This document shows positions 12,442 through 27,905 of a stretch of DNA of 64,000 bases, one piece after another. Under the pieces are notes generated by a model. It searched no databases. It was not told the origin of the DNA and saw only the letters and a program-made list of their open reading frames with translations. Both the position numbers and the translations under genes were made by a program. Every line of letters starts with the position of its first letter. The stretch's first letter is position 1. The stretch comes from Eledone cirrhosa (taxonomy: Eukaryota). The stretch spans positions 10,416,001 to 10,480,000 of the forward strand of contig OZ024758.1 in assembly GCA_964016885.1 (NCBI GenBank), written 5' to 3'.

Positions 12442-14685
12442 ATGTTTGTGTTAGTATATGTTTGAGATTGTGTATGCATTTATGTGTGATTAAATGATTG
12501 TGTATGCATGTTTGTGTGTTTGTATTGATATATGCATGCGTGACTGAGTAATAGTAATAGTATGTGTTCCTGTATGCATGTAAGTAATTGTGTGTGTATT
12601 TTTTGCGTATGTTTGTGAGTGTGAGTAATTATGTTTGTATATGTGTATGTAAATGCGTATGTGTCTGTGAGTAATTGCATTTGAATATGCACGTGTGCGT
12701 ATGAGTAAGAGTGCGTTTCTGCTTTTTCATTTTATGTGTGTCTGTGTCTGTATGTATGTATGTGTAATTATGTATTAGTGTTATGCATGTATGTGCTGTG
12801 TATGTGTGTGTATGGATAATTATGTTTATTTTTGTATATGCATGGGTGTGTGTGTATAATTGTGCATGTGTGTGGGTGTATACGTGTTATTGTGTGTATG
12901 GGTAAATACATATACTTGTTTGTGAGTGTACGTTATGTAGATAACACGCACGTGTTTATGTGTTGATATTATATATACTTATGTAAGCCTTTGTGAATGC
13001 CTGTCAGTGATATTGTTTCATTCTTAGACTGGTTTCAGTCATTAAACTGCGGCCATTCTGGGACACCACTTTAGGGATATTTTCGCCGATTATATTGACC
13101 CAGTACTTACTTTTTAAACCTGATATTTACTTCATCGATCTGTTTCTGTGATTGTACATGTGTTTCAGTGTGTATCTCCCATAACATAGCGGCTGGAGAA
13201 AAAAGAGGTCGTTAAAGTACCAGACTTGAAGCAAACAAGTACTTTGGTTGATATAAAGTTCCAGCGTCAACCGGAAGTGGATAAGCGGGATTTTAAAAGT
13301 ATCTGAAGGCATAATTTGCGGTATTTGGTTGGGTTCTGAACGTTATGTGTTCAAACCTTGACTCTTTCTGCCTTGAATAGCAATAATTCCCTGGTCTGAT
13401 CTGACGATCGGCTCTTTTCCCTTTGTAGAAATGACATTACGTAATGTCACAAAAATGTGACATTATCTTGACTGATAGTATTGATTATCAAGATGAATTT
13501 GGAAGACACGATAGAAAATACCCGAGTTTAGTCTAACAGATTTATAGTAATTAAAAAATTCACGAGCAAGAGTATAAAATAAAATCGAAAATATGTCCCC
13601 TTCTTTATTTCTAAGTAATCCTAAAAATGTATTGTTTAGAGTTGCTGTTTCCCAACTGTGGTCTGCCAAGTTAATACTTTCAGGTATAATATTCCACCAT
13701 AATATTTCAGGGCTAAAACACCCTTTTCAGATGTAAAAACGAAAACGGTATAAAACAAAACGAAAGATCGGTGTGTTCATTTTGTTTTGAACTATTTTCG
13801 TTTTTTCCATTTAAAAAGAAGGTCTTAGACCTGAAATGTTATGTTGAAATATACTATACAAATATTACTTTATTTTATTGATTAAAATTATTGTAAACAA
13901 CAGAAACACAACCGTAAATTGTTTAATCACGAGAGAAATGTCTTTGATTGTCTGTACGCTCAAACATCTCGCATTGTAAGAATGTCATTGGATATTAATT
14001 GTAATGGCATTGTGGTACATCCTGGAATGGAACTAACGAGTTTACGACTCTAACCATTAAGCCACGCGACATCCCGAGCGTAAACACTCGTGTAATCAGA
14101 GCATTTATCATATATGCATGCGCATGTGTGTTTGGCGCGATAGGAAAGATCGTAGATCAGTTAACCTTAACATGCAGGCACCAATTCAGTAATTATAGAC
14201 AATCTCTTGCAGTTCTCTTATTATCACTAATTGCCTTTCTCCTTTTCATACTCTTCTCTGCTTCCTCTATTTTTGATTCCAGTCAACCATTTTCTTAAAT
14301 GTGTTTTCATTATGCATATGCCTGTCTGTGTACACGTGTCTTTCTAAATGCTAAGGCTCATATATAAGTATTCACTGATATTTATGAGCATTCATCTTCA
14401 TACAAATACATATTAACACAAAGTTTCAATATACCATACATATGTACGCAAATTATATACATGTACCTTAAAGCACACACACACACATATATATCCATAC
14501 ACACACACTTAATATATATACATACATATATATACACGTGTGTGTGTTTTATGTATATAATTTTTTTACGTGTGAGAACAGTAAAGCTGTGAGATAGGGC
14601 TAATATCTTAACTGGGATTGAAATTTCATTTCTATTTTATTTTACATTTGGAAAGAGTGTAATAACCTCAGAGACTCTAAATATG

Positions 14686-14740
<55 letters not shown>

Positions 14741-16856
14741 TTGCAGGTTTAAATGCCCCTACTTTTCCAACATGAGCTGAGGCCCATAGCATGGCATGGC
14801 ACACGTTTTAAGCGTTGTATTAGGTTATGCAATGCATACATGTATGGTTTTATGTTAGAGTATTAATGTCTGAGATATTCGTATTATATAGTTTAAATTA
14901 TTTTCAAAACAATGGATTTCGCATAAATGCAGAAAATACATAAATCAAAGAATGGGAGAAAAAAAAAAAAAATCAAAATGAAATGAAATTGTCCAGAACA
15001 AAATCCAGTCTGGAAATTTGATATTGAGAATAAGTTAAAATATGACGAATCTGTCATTTCTTAACTCCGCATTTCCGTTTTCAATTGCAAGCTGTTTTAA
15101 TTTATAATACGATTAACATTGTAATTAGTTGCTCTGTGCAAAATTCAAATTTCACGTGTACTGTTTTTTCATAATGGAAATCATACATTACTTTACCCGC
15201 TGTGGTTTTATATTAATTTTTTCTCATTATATTAATGTTATTAATATATTGCTACATGGTCTGTTTAATGCTATGAAGTAGTGGTGAAATCCCAATGGGT
15301 CGATTCCTTGTTCGGGTTTCTATTCATAAATGTTATTTAACTTCAATTTGCTTACGTTTCTAATGCTCTTCCAAAAGTCTCACACAATATATATAGGCGC
15401 ATTTCTCATTCATATAAACCTGAACTTCGTTTTTTCAACATAGCGAGGGGGACTGGCAAAAGTATGAAGAGAGATGAGCTCTTTAATATGGTGGCGACCA
15501 TCGATTTCAACGACATAAAGATGGAAAGTAAGATGGATTATGATTTAGGCATAATGGAAAGTCTATTATATCGACACCAGTACATAACTGGTATTTTATC
15601 GACCTCGTATGGATGAATGGCAAAGTTGACCACGAGAGGGATTGAACTTAAGGCACAAAAATCCGGAATAAATGCCGCAAAACATTTGTCCACAGCTCTA
15701 CTAATTCTGCCAATCCCTCACCATAAGGTGGAAGATTCAATATCAGTCATAGATAAAATGATGAACTCAGTAAGAGGATCTAACAAAATCACATCAGGTA
15801 ACTTTTGAAAGGTTTCTTTGAAAGAATTAGCTCATCAAAAACATAGTGTAATGTGTTAATGTGTAATTAGTGTAATGTGTTAATTAGTGTAATGTGTTAA
15901 TTAGTATAATGTGTTTTATCTACAAAGAAGTTAGAAGCAGAAGATTTCAGGACCAAGATTTCTTTACATATCAGCAAAGTGATAGTATGTATTAGAAGTA
16001 TTGGATCTTCAAATGAAAAAAAATATGTACGACCTTTGTATTATAGGAATATAAACATAAACCAGTACTTGCCAAGTACTTTATTTTATCGATTCTAGAA
16101 AGATGAAAGGCTAGATTAACCTCGGATGAATTTGAACTCGTAACATTAAGATATATATTTAAATACCTCACTTGAACGTTTCTGCCAATCAAGCTATCAA
16201 ACGTGTTTAAGTTCCAGTTCCTAACTACAAATATTAGTAGGCTTTAGATTATAGCCGCACCGGAAGTGAGTGGGGAAATCTTTGTACAGAGTTTGTCTTT
16301 AAAACATGACCTAGCTATTTGGGTGGTAGATAAATATTAGTTAGTGATCAACACGTGAGAGTCAATAGGTTAGCGTAATCCTTGATGTGAGGGTGATAAG
16401 TGTGGTAGAGTCAAGTTGTTTAGAGACAATTCTGTAGGGGTGGTCAGTGTAACAAATAATAAAAAAAAAACTGTTAACCCTTTAAGGACCAGCTCTCTAT
16501 CGTTAGCCATCAGAAAAAGAGTAAAACTAGCTGAAAAAACAATTGAAAAATAACAAATTTTTATATTCATAATGTTTTAATCCTCGACTGGTTTCAGTCA
16601 TAAGACTACGGCCTTGCTGGGGCACCACCTTACAGGGATTTAGTTGACCATATCGACACTAGTTGTTATAGATGGAGTCGGGTCTATTCATATGGACCTT
16701 GGGGCAATCATCCGTGAAACGTGCGTAACTGATCGGTAATTAATAAAAATATATGTGAAACTTTTCCGTGTTAATCTTTATATATATATATATATATATA
16801 TAACATGAGAAGAAAGAGGAATACTGCGTGGTTGCACATGGGTTACATATTATAAA

Positions 16857-16970
16857 ATTAGTCCCTCGTCAATGATTTGCCAACCATCATTGGTATTTCA
16901 TCGCATTAAAAATCATATACCTCAGGTTGGTGCGAGCAATAACTAAAAAAAGCTATTGGGACCAGTGAAT
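16857..16970 (-). repeat. Dispersed repeat (homolog 22386-22500) ending in an HHR-like 5' core
   Basis: Shared GGTTGGTGCGAGCAA..CTAAAAAAA; minus-strand CTGATGAAGG at ~22392-22401 is truncated by a TA tract. Confidence 0.45.
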
Positions 16971-17070
16971 CGCGTAAAGCGAGTGAGACAAGTAAACAAC
17001 ATAGAAGGATAAAAGATATATATATATATATATATATATATGCAGAGAGAGAAAGATATATATATATATA

Positions 17071-17466
17071 TACGATATTAAACAAATGGAAACTATATTT
17101 ATAAAACCATATTTATTTCATTATACATATTTCGGGGATACCATATTAAAAATATGGCATGCCTTCTTCAGATAAAATACAATATATAAGCAGTTTTATA
17201 AATAATTTTGACGTACCATAAATATTGATCAACTTTCATGTAAGAAGTTATTTATAAAACTGCTTATATATTGTATTTTATCTGAAGAAGGCATGCCATA
17301 TTTTTAATATGGTATCCCCGAAATATGTATAATGAAATAAATATGGTTTTATAAATATAGTTTCCATTTGTTTAATATCGTATATCTACTCCAAAACTTG
17401 TTGAGTGCTTTATATCAGTTATAAAATATTTACTTGTTGTAACCCAACAATTTTAAATAAAACTTT

Positions 17467-17470
<4 letters not shown>
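17071..17470. mobile_element. Penelope-like fold-back relic, family F
   Basis: ~135-bp near-perfect inverted arms each with an HHR, plus tail, flanked by (TA)n. Confidence 0.7.
17274..17339 (+). ncRNA. Hammerhead ribozyme (family F); inverted twin at 17114-17179
   Basis: TATTTTAT CTGAAGA A [long stem II ..CCATATT-TTT-AATATGG..] GAAAT-ATGT-ATA ATGAAATA; 8-bp stem I. Confidence 0.75.
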
Positions 17471-17560
<90 letters not shown>

Positions 17561-17976
17561 TCAAAGTTGACAATTGTTTCTCCAAGACAACTCCGTTTTA
17601 ATCTGTGAGCGACGATAACGTCTGGGCGTCAGAACGTCTGTAGAGCAGGAGTTGAGCGTCTGTGACAAGATATATTAGAATATGATCGCAGCGGCTATCT
17701 TCCCCCATATGTCTTAACTTGAACACAACAAATACACAACAAACAAAAGGAGACAAATAAATAACAAATATATCAAAGAAGGGAAACCAAAAGAGGGAGA
17801 AATGTTTTGGCTGTCTTCCTTTCTTTTCTTCTCCTTCTAAAGTTACGTTTCTTCTCCAGTTTGGTATATATATCGTTCTCAAGTCAAGACAGATGCAACT
17901 GTTCAAAGATCTTTTTATCCACCCATTCTTTCGTAATCTGTACCAACATTTCTAATAAAGTGTATGATATAAAAAT

Positions 17977-18161
17977 ATAATTGTTTCTACTTTTGGCACA
18001 AGGCCAGCAATTACCCCAGTGCATTACTGGTACTTTATTTTATCGACCCCCGTAAGGATGAAAGGCAAAGTTAACCTCGGCGGGATTTGAACTCAGAATG
18101 GCAAGGGCCGTAACTCTATGCGTCAAAGCATGGCGTCCGACCCTCTACCGATACTGCCAAT
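17977..18161 (-). mobile_element. SINE family 1
   Basis: Reverse complement of the family consensus. Confidence 0.85.
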
Positions 18162-18271
18162 TCACATAATACCATCAGTTGGTACACAACTATATGTAGG
18201 CCAATAAAGGTATAGAACCACCTCTCTCTCTCTCTCTCTACACACGCATATATGTGTATGTTGATATATTG

Positions 18272-18303
<32 letters not shown>

Positions 18304-18438
18304 ACATATATATATTTATTATAATATATTGATATATATATATTGATATATATATATTCATATATATATATATATCAATATATTATAATAAATATATATA
18401 TGTACACATATATATATCATATTTATATTTATAAAATA

Positions 18439-18487
<49 letters not shown>

Positions 18488-18569
18488 GTAATAATAAATT
18501 TGAAGACTAAAATAATCTGTTATTTAATCTGTTATTTTAATAAATATATATATATATATATATATTTAT

Positions 18570-18686
18570 TAAAATAACAGATTAAAGTTTAAGCAAAGAA
18601 TCGCTGCTTTCACCCTTAACGATATTTAATATATATTTATCCTTATCGAGCCCTCTTTGGATTTTAGTCTTCAAATTTATTATTAT

Positions 18687-18691
<5 letters not shown>
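18570..18691 (-). repeat. Dispersed (TA)n-associated repeat, family D (also 18487-18539, 27248-27300, 45757-45916)
   Basis: Shared TGAAGACTAAAATCC...GGTGAAAGCAGCGATTCTTTGCTTAAACTTTAATCTGTTATTTT; HHR-like 3' half only. Confidence 0.55.
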
Positions 18692-18740
<49 letters not shown>

Positions 18741-18748
18741 GACCGTAA

Positions 18749-18920
<172 letters not shown>

Positions 18921-19513
18921 TAGGTAAATTACACGGAAAAAACGTCGAAATAATTCAAACTATTCAGAAATATACACGGAATATTTGAATTAATTAGATG
19001 CTGGTATTTGATTGGTTAATTAGGTTTTCCTGTTTTGCATCAGTGGATAAATACACAAAATGTGAGGTGGGGGTTGAGTGGTGTATAATATATTTTTATT
19101 TTATAATGAATGGGTACAGAAAATATTGATATAGAATATCCCGTGAAGAAGGATTACATGGAAAAATGTATTTCCAGAAAATTAATTTATTTATGGGAAA
19201 AATAATCGTTTCATGTGAATAGAAACGATGTAAATGAAAAGGAACGAAGAAGTAATGAATGAAGTTAATTAGAAAATAAAGGTAAACAGTAAAAGGGTTT
19301 CAGGTATAGATACAGCATACCTGAATCTGTGGGGAGAGTGGTAGTATGATGAGAAATTGAGAAATATATATTGGTTTATCAAATCACAAAGACACGTATA
19401 GAATGAAAGACTGTGGGAGACAGAGAGAGATAAAATTAGAGAAAGAGAGTGTGTATGGTATGATGTATATGTGTGTGGGTCTGCACACCTATATGTTTGT
19501 GCGTGTGTGTGTC

Positions 19514-19553
<40 letters not shown>

Positions 19554-19572
19554 TATAAGTATGTATATATAT

Positions 19573-19682
19573 GGAATTACCCCTTGATAAGCTCGGCTAT
19601 TTAAATACCAGAATAAATTTTCATTCAGTACAGAATTAGCCGTCGAAACGGCTTGAGCTCAGCCGTCGGGGTCTTACTTGTT

Positions 19683-19684
<2 letters not shown>
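19573..19684 (+). ncRNA. Type I hammerhead ribozyme, family A, U3-A8 core variant
   Basis: GGAA-TT-ACCCC / TTGATAA / G..CGGCTA...TAGCCG.C / GAAA / CGGCT-TGAGCTC-AGCCG / TC / GGGGT-CTTACTTG-TTCC. Predicted cleavage after GUC at 19667. Confidence 0.8.
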
Positions 19685-19766
<82 letters not shown>

Positions 19767-19769
<3 letters not shown>

Positions 19770-19979
19770 CAAAGTAATTGTGGTAAGGAACCAAATGGAC
19801 CATAACGCACCAGAGTACTCAATACTTAGGGTAGTAGAGTGGGAAATAGGAAAAAGTATGACCCCGACGGCAGAGCTCAAGCCGTTTCGACGGCTGTTTC
19901 TGGACTATTTTTAGACAATTTTTAGTCCAGAAATAGCCGTCGAAACGGCTTGAGCTCTGCCGTCGGGGTCATACTTTTT

Positions 19980-19983
<4 letters not shown>
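19767..19983. mobile_element. Penelope-like pLTR fold-back relic, family A
   Basis: Same arms and tail in the opposite orientation, in (TA)n. Confidence 0.7.
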
Positions 19984-20034
<51 letters not shown>

Positions 20035-20266
20035 ATATATATATATATATGTGTATGTGTGTATATTATATGCATATGTATATATATATGTGTGTGTGTG
20101 AATGTGTGAGAGTAGCAATGAAGTATAGAGTTTTGGCAGCACCAAAACCTGCGCTGGGTAACAAGTCTGAGACTCAGAAAGTAACATGATTATTGCAATA
20201 AATCACCAGCTTGATCACGTGATACTACCCATATTCGCGCGGACACACACTAGCATACAAATACAA

Positions 20267-20326
<60 letters not shown>

Positions 20327-20387
20327 CACACACATACACAACAGAACCGCATACGCAGCTTAGACATACTCATACACACAACAGAAG

Positions 20388-20476
<89 letters not shown>

Positions 20477-20534
20477 AACATAACGCACATACCCAGATAC
20501 CCCCCACGCATAGCACATATATTCACACACACAC

Positions 20535-20573
<39 letters not shown>

Positions 20574-20670
20574 TACGCATACATACATAAATAATACGTA
20601 CATACACTTGCATAAGGTAATACGCAATATTCACACGCTACAGGCAAATATACAACCACGTACAACACTG

Positions 20671-20710
<40 letters not shown>

Positions 20711-21198
20711 CTATATTCACGCACACACCGCCAGACACGCACAGTAATTCACACAACCACACTAGAAATATATACGTATTTATATACATATATACATATT
20801 TATGCACACGTAGAATTTTCCGGTACAAATATCTCAATCAATTTATGTCGACAGAGGCCCAAAATGTGTAGTTTTAGCCGGCTCTCAGACGCCATCACTG
20901 TTGCAGCTACAACAATCCTTAAAGCTACAGTATATAGAAGTACTTATATAATCTGGAGAAGTGAAAATGAAGCAGAACGAAATATGTATTAAATATATGT
21001 GTAAAAACTGAAACAAGACGAGTCCACATAATTGGGGAGGGTAGGTCAAAGTGAGAGTGAGAGAGAAGTGGAGGATGGTAGAGAAATAAGAGAGATATAT
21101 AGAAATCCATATAGGAAGAAAAAAAAGGGAAAGAAAAAGAAATAGGGGCAGAGAGGTGAATAGAATTAGAGAAACACATACAGAAAGGGAGACAGTGT

Positions 21199-21239
<41 letters not shown>

Positions 21240-21954
21240 TAGCCATGGTCTTTAGAGTCGTACTTTAGTTTCCTAATTGAGGTTTACATAGGTGCAAAAC
21301 GAGAAATTTATACAAAGAAAGTGAAATGGGATATCACGAGGTTAATTGGTTTAAAAGTAAAATAAAATAAAATAAAATAAAATAAAATAAAGTAAAATGG
21401 AGCCGATCGTCAAATCGGTTTAATGAAATTATATTTTCATTTATCTTTTCATTGCTGCTATCATCTGTCGGTCGTAAATCTTGGCCGAGGGATTCAGGAT
21501 TTGAACTCAGAACGTATAGAATCTTAACATTTACCACAAATCAATACTGTCAGACTTTTTAACAATTCTGCCAGTCCACTGCCAATGGACTGGCCCTTTA
21601 TTTATCGGCCTCGAAATAATGAAAAGCAAAGTTGACCCTGACGGTATTTGAACTCAGCTTGTAGAAAACCGGAACAAATACCGAGGCATTTAAACCGATG
21701 GCAAAACGTCTCTGATAATTCACCGTTGAATTTCAAGCAGGAGATATCGAAAACTCAACCCCGAAATTGTAAGTTCACTATTTTAAAGGATTCGTCAACA
21801 TAGACTGAGTTCTTTCGAAACCCTGTCAGTTAGCCACAACGGAAAGGGCTTCCCTTGTGATTTTGCCGTATCTCCATATCTACTTATGTACTATAATACG
21901 TATTGAGGTTTCTCTCTCGAATAGTGTTCTTTCTGGTTTTCGAACTGCGGAGGC

Positions 21955-22033
<79 letters not shown>

Positions 22034-22250
22034 CGTTTCTGAATTTGTTTAGCAAGATTCTTTATCTGAAATCGTGTGTTGAAACCGATATTGTTATACT
22101 TTGGGAGGGTCATGTTGCCAATAAGAAACACACCAGAAATTTATAAGTTTGTAGATTTGTAAATTTATAAATTTATAAATATATAATAAATTGAAGTGAA
22201 AGCAACTGGTGCGTGTGTTTCTTATTGGCAACATGACCCTCCCAAAGTAT

Positions 22251-22310
<60 letters not shown>

Positions 22311-22917
22311 CTGTTTCTACTTCACAGACTACCATAATAACTGTCATGGTGTGTATAAATCTCTCTCTATATATATATAAATAAAGTTAGTCCTTCATCA
22401 GTGATCTTCCAACCATTATTGGTATTCCATCGCTTTAAAGACCACATACTTCCGGTTGGTGCGAGCAACGGCTAAAAAAAAGTCGTTGGGACACGTAAAT
22501 AAAGGGGACACGAGTGTAAACAAACAAAAATGGTGAAGCAACGAAAAGTGAGGAAGAAGGAGTCAAGTCCCAAATTTCTATGAATTTAAATTCGGTGAAA
22601 TCGTGAAGGAGAGAGAATAAAGACCATCAAACCTGGCTGGAATGTGAGCAAGGAAGGAATTCCGTACAGGTCTAACGGGAGGAAGAAGGGATCTAGTCTG
22701 TGAATTCGGTGAACATAAGTTCTGTGAAATCGTAGACGAGAGAGAGAACACACCATGACAGTTATAATGGTAGTCTGTGAAGTGGTAATGTGCGCATGTA
22801 CTAGCAGTGGGGAATGTTGGCGCAATTAATGAAACAACTGAAACATTAGAATGTTTTTGCCATCAACATAGTTGTATATGTTTACATATATATTAATACA
22901 TACAAACATACAAAGGG

Positions 22918-22927
22918 AGTAGTAGTG

Positions 22928-22987
<60 letters not shown>

Positions 22988-23028
22988 ATAGTAGTACTGG
23001 TAGTAGTAGTAGTACTGGTAGTAGTAGC

Positions 23029-23069
<41 letters not shown>

Positions 23070-23098
23070 TAATAGTAGTAGTAGTAGTAGTAGTACTG

Positions 23099-23150
<52 letters not shown>

Positions 23151-23255
23151 CAGTAGCAGTAGTACTAATAATAGAATTAGTAGTAATACTGGTAGTAGTA
23201 GTAGTAGTAGTAATAATAGTAGTAGTAGTGGTTGTAGCAGCAGCAGTGGTAGTAG
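22918..23255. repeat. (TAG)n microsatellite
   Basis: Directly visible. Confidence 0.95.
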
Positions 23256-23511
23256 ATTTTAAAAAAAAATGCATTCTGAATGCATGCTTGCTTCTATTAA
23301 AATGGTGTTTAATGAAGAGTAAAAGAGAAGAGAAACGACCCCGGCAGATATCACGTTACCATGGTGCTCTATGACCTTTTTATTTTCGAAGTAAAATCTG
23401 GATTGGCGTAAGGCGAATTATGAATGAATTTGGACTGAGGAAGTTACTATGTTGTACATATGTATCAATGTTAGTTTGTTGTAAATATTTATATATGAAT
23501 AAATGTTAGAC

Positions 23512-23547
<36 letters not shown>

Positions 23548-23845
23548 TGTATGTATGTATGTATGTATGTATGTATGTATGTATGTATGTATGTATGTAT
23601 GTATGTATGTATGTATGTATGAATGTATATATATATATATATATATATGAATGTGTGTGTGTAATCTAATATATGAAATGTAGAAAGATTAACTGAATAT
23701 AAACTAAAAACAATTCAAGATACATTGACACACACATATGTATATATATATGTATGTGTGGGTGTGTATATATACATATAGTTCATAGGTTGTTTAAATT
23801 GTAGGATTAAGTAGTCATACAATATACGATTTAATATACCAAATG

Positions 23846-23902
<57 letters not shown>

Positions 23903-23910
23903 GTATATAC

Positions 23911-23975
<65 letters not shown>

Positions 23976-24453
23976 TGACCAGTCTCTAAAGAGTGCGACG
24001 AAAATGTTGACGCCAAGAAATATATATAAAGAGAAGTTAACATTTGTTTCTCGATGTTTTAAATTCAACATACATTCTCAGATCAAGTCACTTGCCAGCC
24101 AAATACAATTCCGAAGTTACGAAATTTTCAGCTATGCTTAAAAAATTCTTTTGTATATATACACATATATATTATTTTCTCTTCAGAAAATTATATTTAC
24201 ACTTTTGCATATGTATTGAGTGCTTATTCAGTTAATGGTTTAATGTCTTAAATGCAATGGTTATTATTTACACCCACCACTCTTATACATCAAACACACA
24301 TATACATATATATAATTAAAAGATAAGACAGAAACACACACACACACATATATAGATATATACACACACACATATAAATAAGACCGAAACATTACAACTG
24401 TGTTGAAAATTGCAAAAGTTGAAAATTGCAAACATGACTGACACCACACATTA

Positions 24454-24492
24454 TGAACCTGAAGATTGCGAAAGCATGAAAGTACTTGTTCA
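24454..24492 (+). ncRNA. Minimal hammerhead ribozyme (family K)
   Basis: TGAAC CTGAAGA T TGC-GAAA-GCA T GAAA GTAC TT GTTCA; palindromic AAGTACTT. Confidence 0.75.
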
Positions 24493-24604
24493 ATTAACAC
24501 TTAACATTTAATATTCTATCATACTATTTCATTATAATACCATTATAAATTTTAAAGGATTGTAAATAAAACGAGTAAATCAGACAAAGTTGGAATTCCT
24601 TTTA

Positions 24605-24687
<83 letters not shown>

Positions 24688-26464
24688 ATCGTCTAGTTTA
24701 TCGGAAGTCAAGTCATCGTCAGTATGTCATTCTTACATATTAACATATAATTGAAAAAGTACGTATTTAAAACAATTTATTTATTTAAGAAAGTAACAAG
24801 TCACTTAACATTTAAAGTTAATATAAACAATAAAATGTCAGATTATGAAACTGCTTTCAACAAATGTTTTGTTAAGAATTATAACCGACTATCGTATTTG
24901 TAAAGAACTTCTTCGTATATTTGTATTTCCTCTTTTGCATGAGTTCTTCGTTCTTCTCTCTGGATAAAGTTCTGCAATTTGGCGCATGTAAATCTTTCTT
25001 TAGATTTTCACACATCAGTGAAGTGCCAAATATTTACATGGCTAGAGTTAACTGCAAGGTGGAGAATTTTCAGAGACGTTAGGGCTTCGGCATAGAAGAT
25101 ATGTCTCGGTATTTGTTCCGGCTCACCATCCTTTTGAAGGCAATAAACAGAGTATTAACCCCCCCCCCCCCCCCCCCCCCGCCTCTCTATCTCCCTCTCT
25201 CTATCTCCCCCTCTCTCTCTCCTTCTTTGTGGGGAAGAAATCTGCTGCATTCTGACCAGGTGAGAAATGGGTCCGTCAGATTTTAAATACGCCAGACACG
25301 CCATGTATGTCAAGACACTGCCCCAATGACTCCGTCAGGTATTAAGGGCCCTTCACCATTTATCCTAACTGCATGGTCCAGAGTTAAATGGAAGGCTTCT
25401 AAGCTATTTATATCTTTATAAACTTTGATCTGCCAGTAACATTCTAAATGTTACATGGCGACAGAGGTCGAGGGGCGGCCTCGCTTGGATTAATTCCTTA
25501 AGATCAGAGATCCCTAAACGTTTTAGATCATTGACTGGAACCCCAATTAATAGATACATCATTATAGAGAATATAAAATAACGAGACAATAAAGATAAAT
25601 TATAAATCAGTCACATGTTTAATCAAGTTGTATGAGATCATTAATAAAAGAAATCATAATTCCATGAATTTTCATTCGGCGTAAGTGTACGATATTAATC
25701 CTGTCTGTATATAGACACACACACACACATACAGACACACACACATACACACTTACAGACAGACATACAGACAGACATACACACGCACACACGCGCGCGC
25801 ACACACACACACGTACAAAGAGTGGGTAGATAAAGATAGATGTATAGATGTAACCTCACACACTTATAATGATTAGATACAAAGAACTTTAAATCAAGGC
25901 AGACATTCACGTACAAATATTTACACACACGACCATACTTAAATCTATACAGTTTTCTTATTTTATATGTGTGCATAAATATACATACATAAATGTATAT
26001 ATACATACATAAATGTATATATACACAAACATAAATAATACATTATATATATATATATATAATATATACATAATGAGAAAGTGTGAGAGATACTTTAAGG
26101 ATGTTGTTTACATGTTATAAAAGAAAATAATATGAGATAACTCACATAAGGGCATATTACGAGATGTTCATATTACGAACAGTTCTGCATTTAATTAGAT
26201 GGAATAACACTGACACTAATCTCTTAATCTTTTAATCTCTTAAGAAAGTCATCGAGGATAGTTGGGGATCTCCGTCGGTTTTTAGGACGAGTTTTCCAGT
26301 TGCTCGAACAAAAGAACGAACTGTTTGGGAAATTAAGGAAAGGGCCTACATTGTGTCATATTGAATCTCCATTAAGTGTACGGAATGCTAAGTCACTTGC
26401 ATGTTAGATTCACGAGCTGGCTGTTGAATAACTGAAACATAGGTGCAGCCAACGGAAATTTATT

Positions 26465-26499
<35 letters not shown>

Positions 26500-27203
26500 C
26501 TGTCTGTGTGTGTATGTCTGTGTGTATGTGTGTGTATGTGTGTGTGTGTGTGCGTGTGTGTGTGTGTATGTGTGTGTGTATGTGTGTGTGTGTGTGTCTG
26601 TGTGTGTGTATGTATGTGTGTGTGTGTGTATGTCTGTGTGTGTGTGTGGGGGGTATGTCTGTGTCTGTGTGTGTGTGTATGTATGTGTGTGTGTGTATGG
26701 CTGTGCGTGTGTGTATGTCTGTGTATGTGTATGTCTGTGTGTATGTGTATGTCTGTGTGTGTGAGTGTGTGTATGTGTGTGTGTGTGTGTGTGTTTTATG
26801 TTCCCGCTAAAACTGTTGTAAGCTATATAGATGACAAATCCTCGCAGCATTTCACTTTCTCGACATCCATAAAGGCAACGTGCCCCCCCCCCTCCAAATA
26901 TGTAGAAAAAATTTAGAAGGGAATATTTTTATTTGTTATTAATTGTCAAATATAACGTGTGCTAATCAAATCCTCGGTCATTAGGAAATGTTTAAATGTC
27001 CAAAGTCACTTAACTTACTAAATTTATTTGCTGTTATTGCCCTATTAATGATGAATATAGCTTTAATGAGGTTCACCCTTTAAAATGTTTACATCTGTCC
27101 TAAAAAGACTAAGATTTCCTTAATTTTTCAGTGCAATGAATTTTCAAAGAAGTTTCGTATTATAAAACTATGGAAATATAATATAATATATATATATACT
27201 GTA

Positions 27204-27242
<39 letters not shown>

Positions 27243-27549
27243 TAAATTAAAATAACAGATTAAAGTTTAAGCAAAAAATCGCTGCTTTCACCCTTAACGG
27301 GATCTTCTGAAATATATATATATATATATATATAATATTATATTTCCATAGTTTTATAATACGAAACTTGTTTGTGTGTCCGTGCATGTATATATAAAGG
27401 GTACAAAAGTTAGCGATGATTCTTCCTACATATATCATTATTTTGAACAATCAATAATTATCGGAAATATAATTCATTGATTAAATTTTGTTTTTAAATT
27501 ATCAATAAACAATTAAGACATGGTTACAAGGGGAAAATAAAATTCAGTA

Positions 27550-27905
27550 GATATGGCTGGACCAAGTCTATACTGAAGCTAAACGCAATCACTGATTCTT
27601 TATCTGGATGTAACAGTTATTGTTTGATTACTGATACAACAGTTTCAAGCTTCCAAGCATTTCTTTCTAAACGTGTAGGTAAGTACTTGAGAAAAGATAA
27701 CCATCAATTTGATATGGCTGGAACACCTTCGATTATAGATTTGTTGGACCAAGGACGAAGTCTATACTGAAGCTAAACGCAATCACTGATTCTTTATCTG
27801 GATGTAACAGTTATTGTTTGATTACTGACACAACAGTTTCAAGCTTCCAAGCATTTCTTTCTAAACGTGTAGGTAAGTACTTGAGAAAAGATAACCATCA
27901 ATTTG
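27550..27905. repeat. Local tandem duplication (~150 bp nearly identical)
   Basis: AAGTCTATACTGAAGC...GATAACCATCAATTTG occurs twice with one substitution. Confidence 0.9.

Noticed and set aside
19138-19200. Further hammerhead-like strings (also ~10783, ~13815, ~16715)
   Set aside because: Core or stem I too degenerate to distinguish from chance in AT-rich DNA
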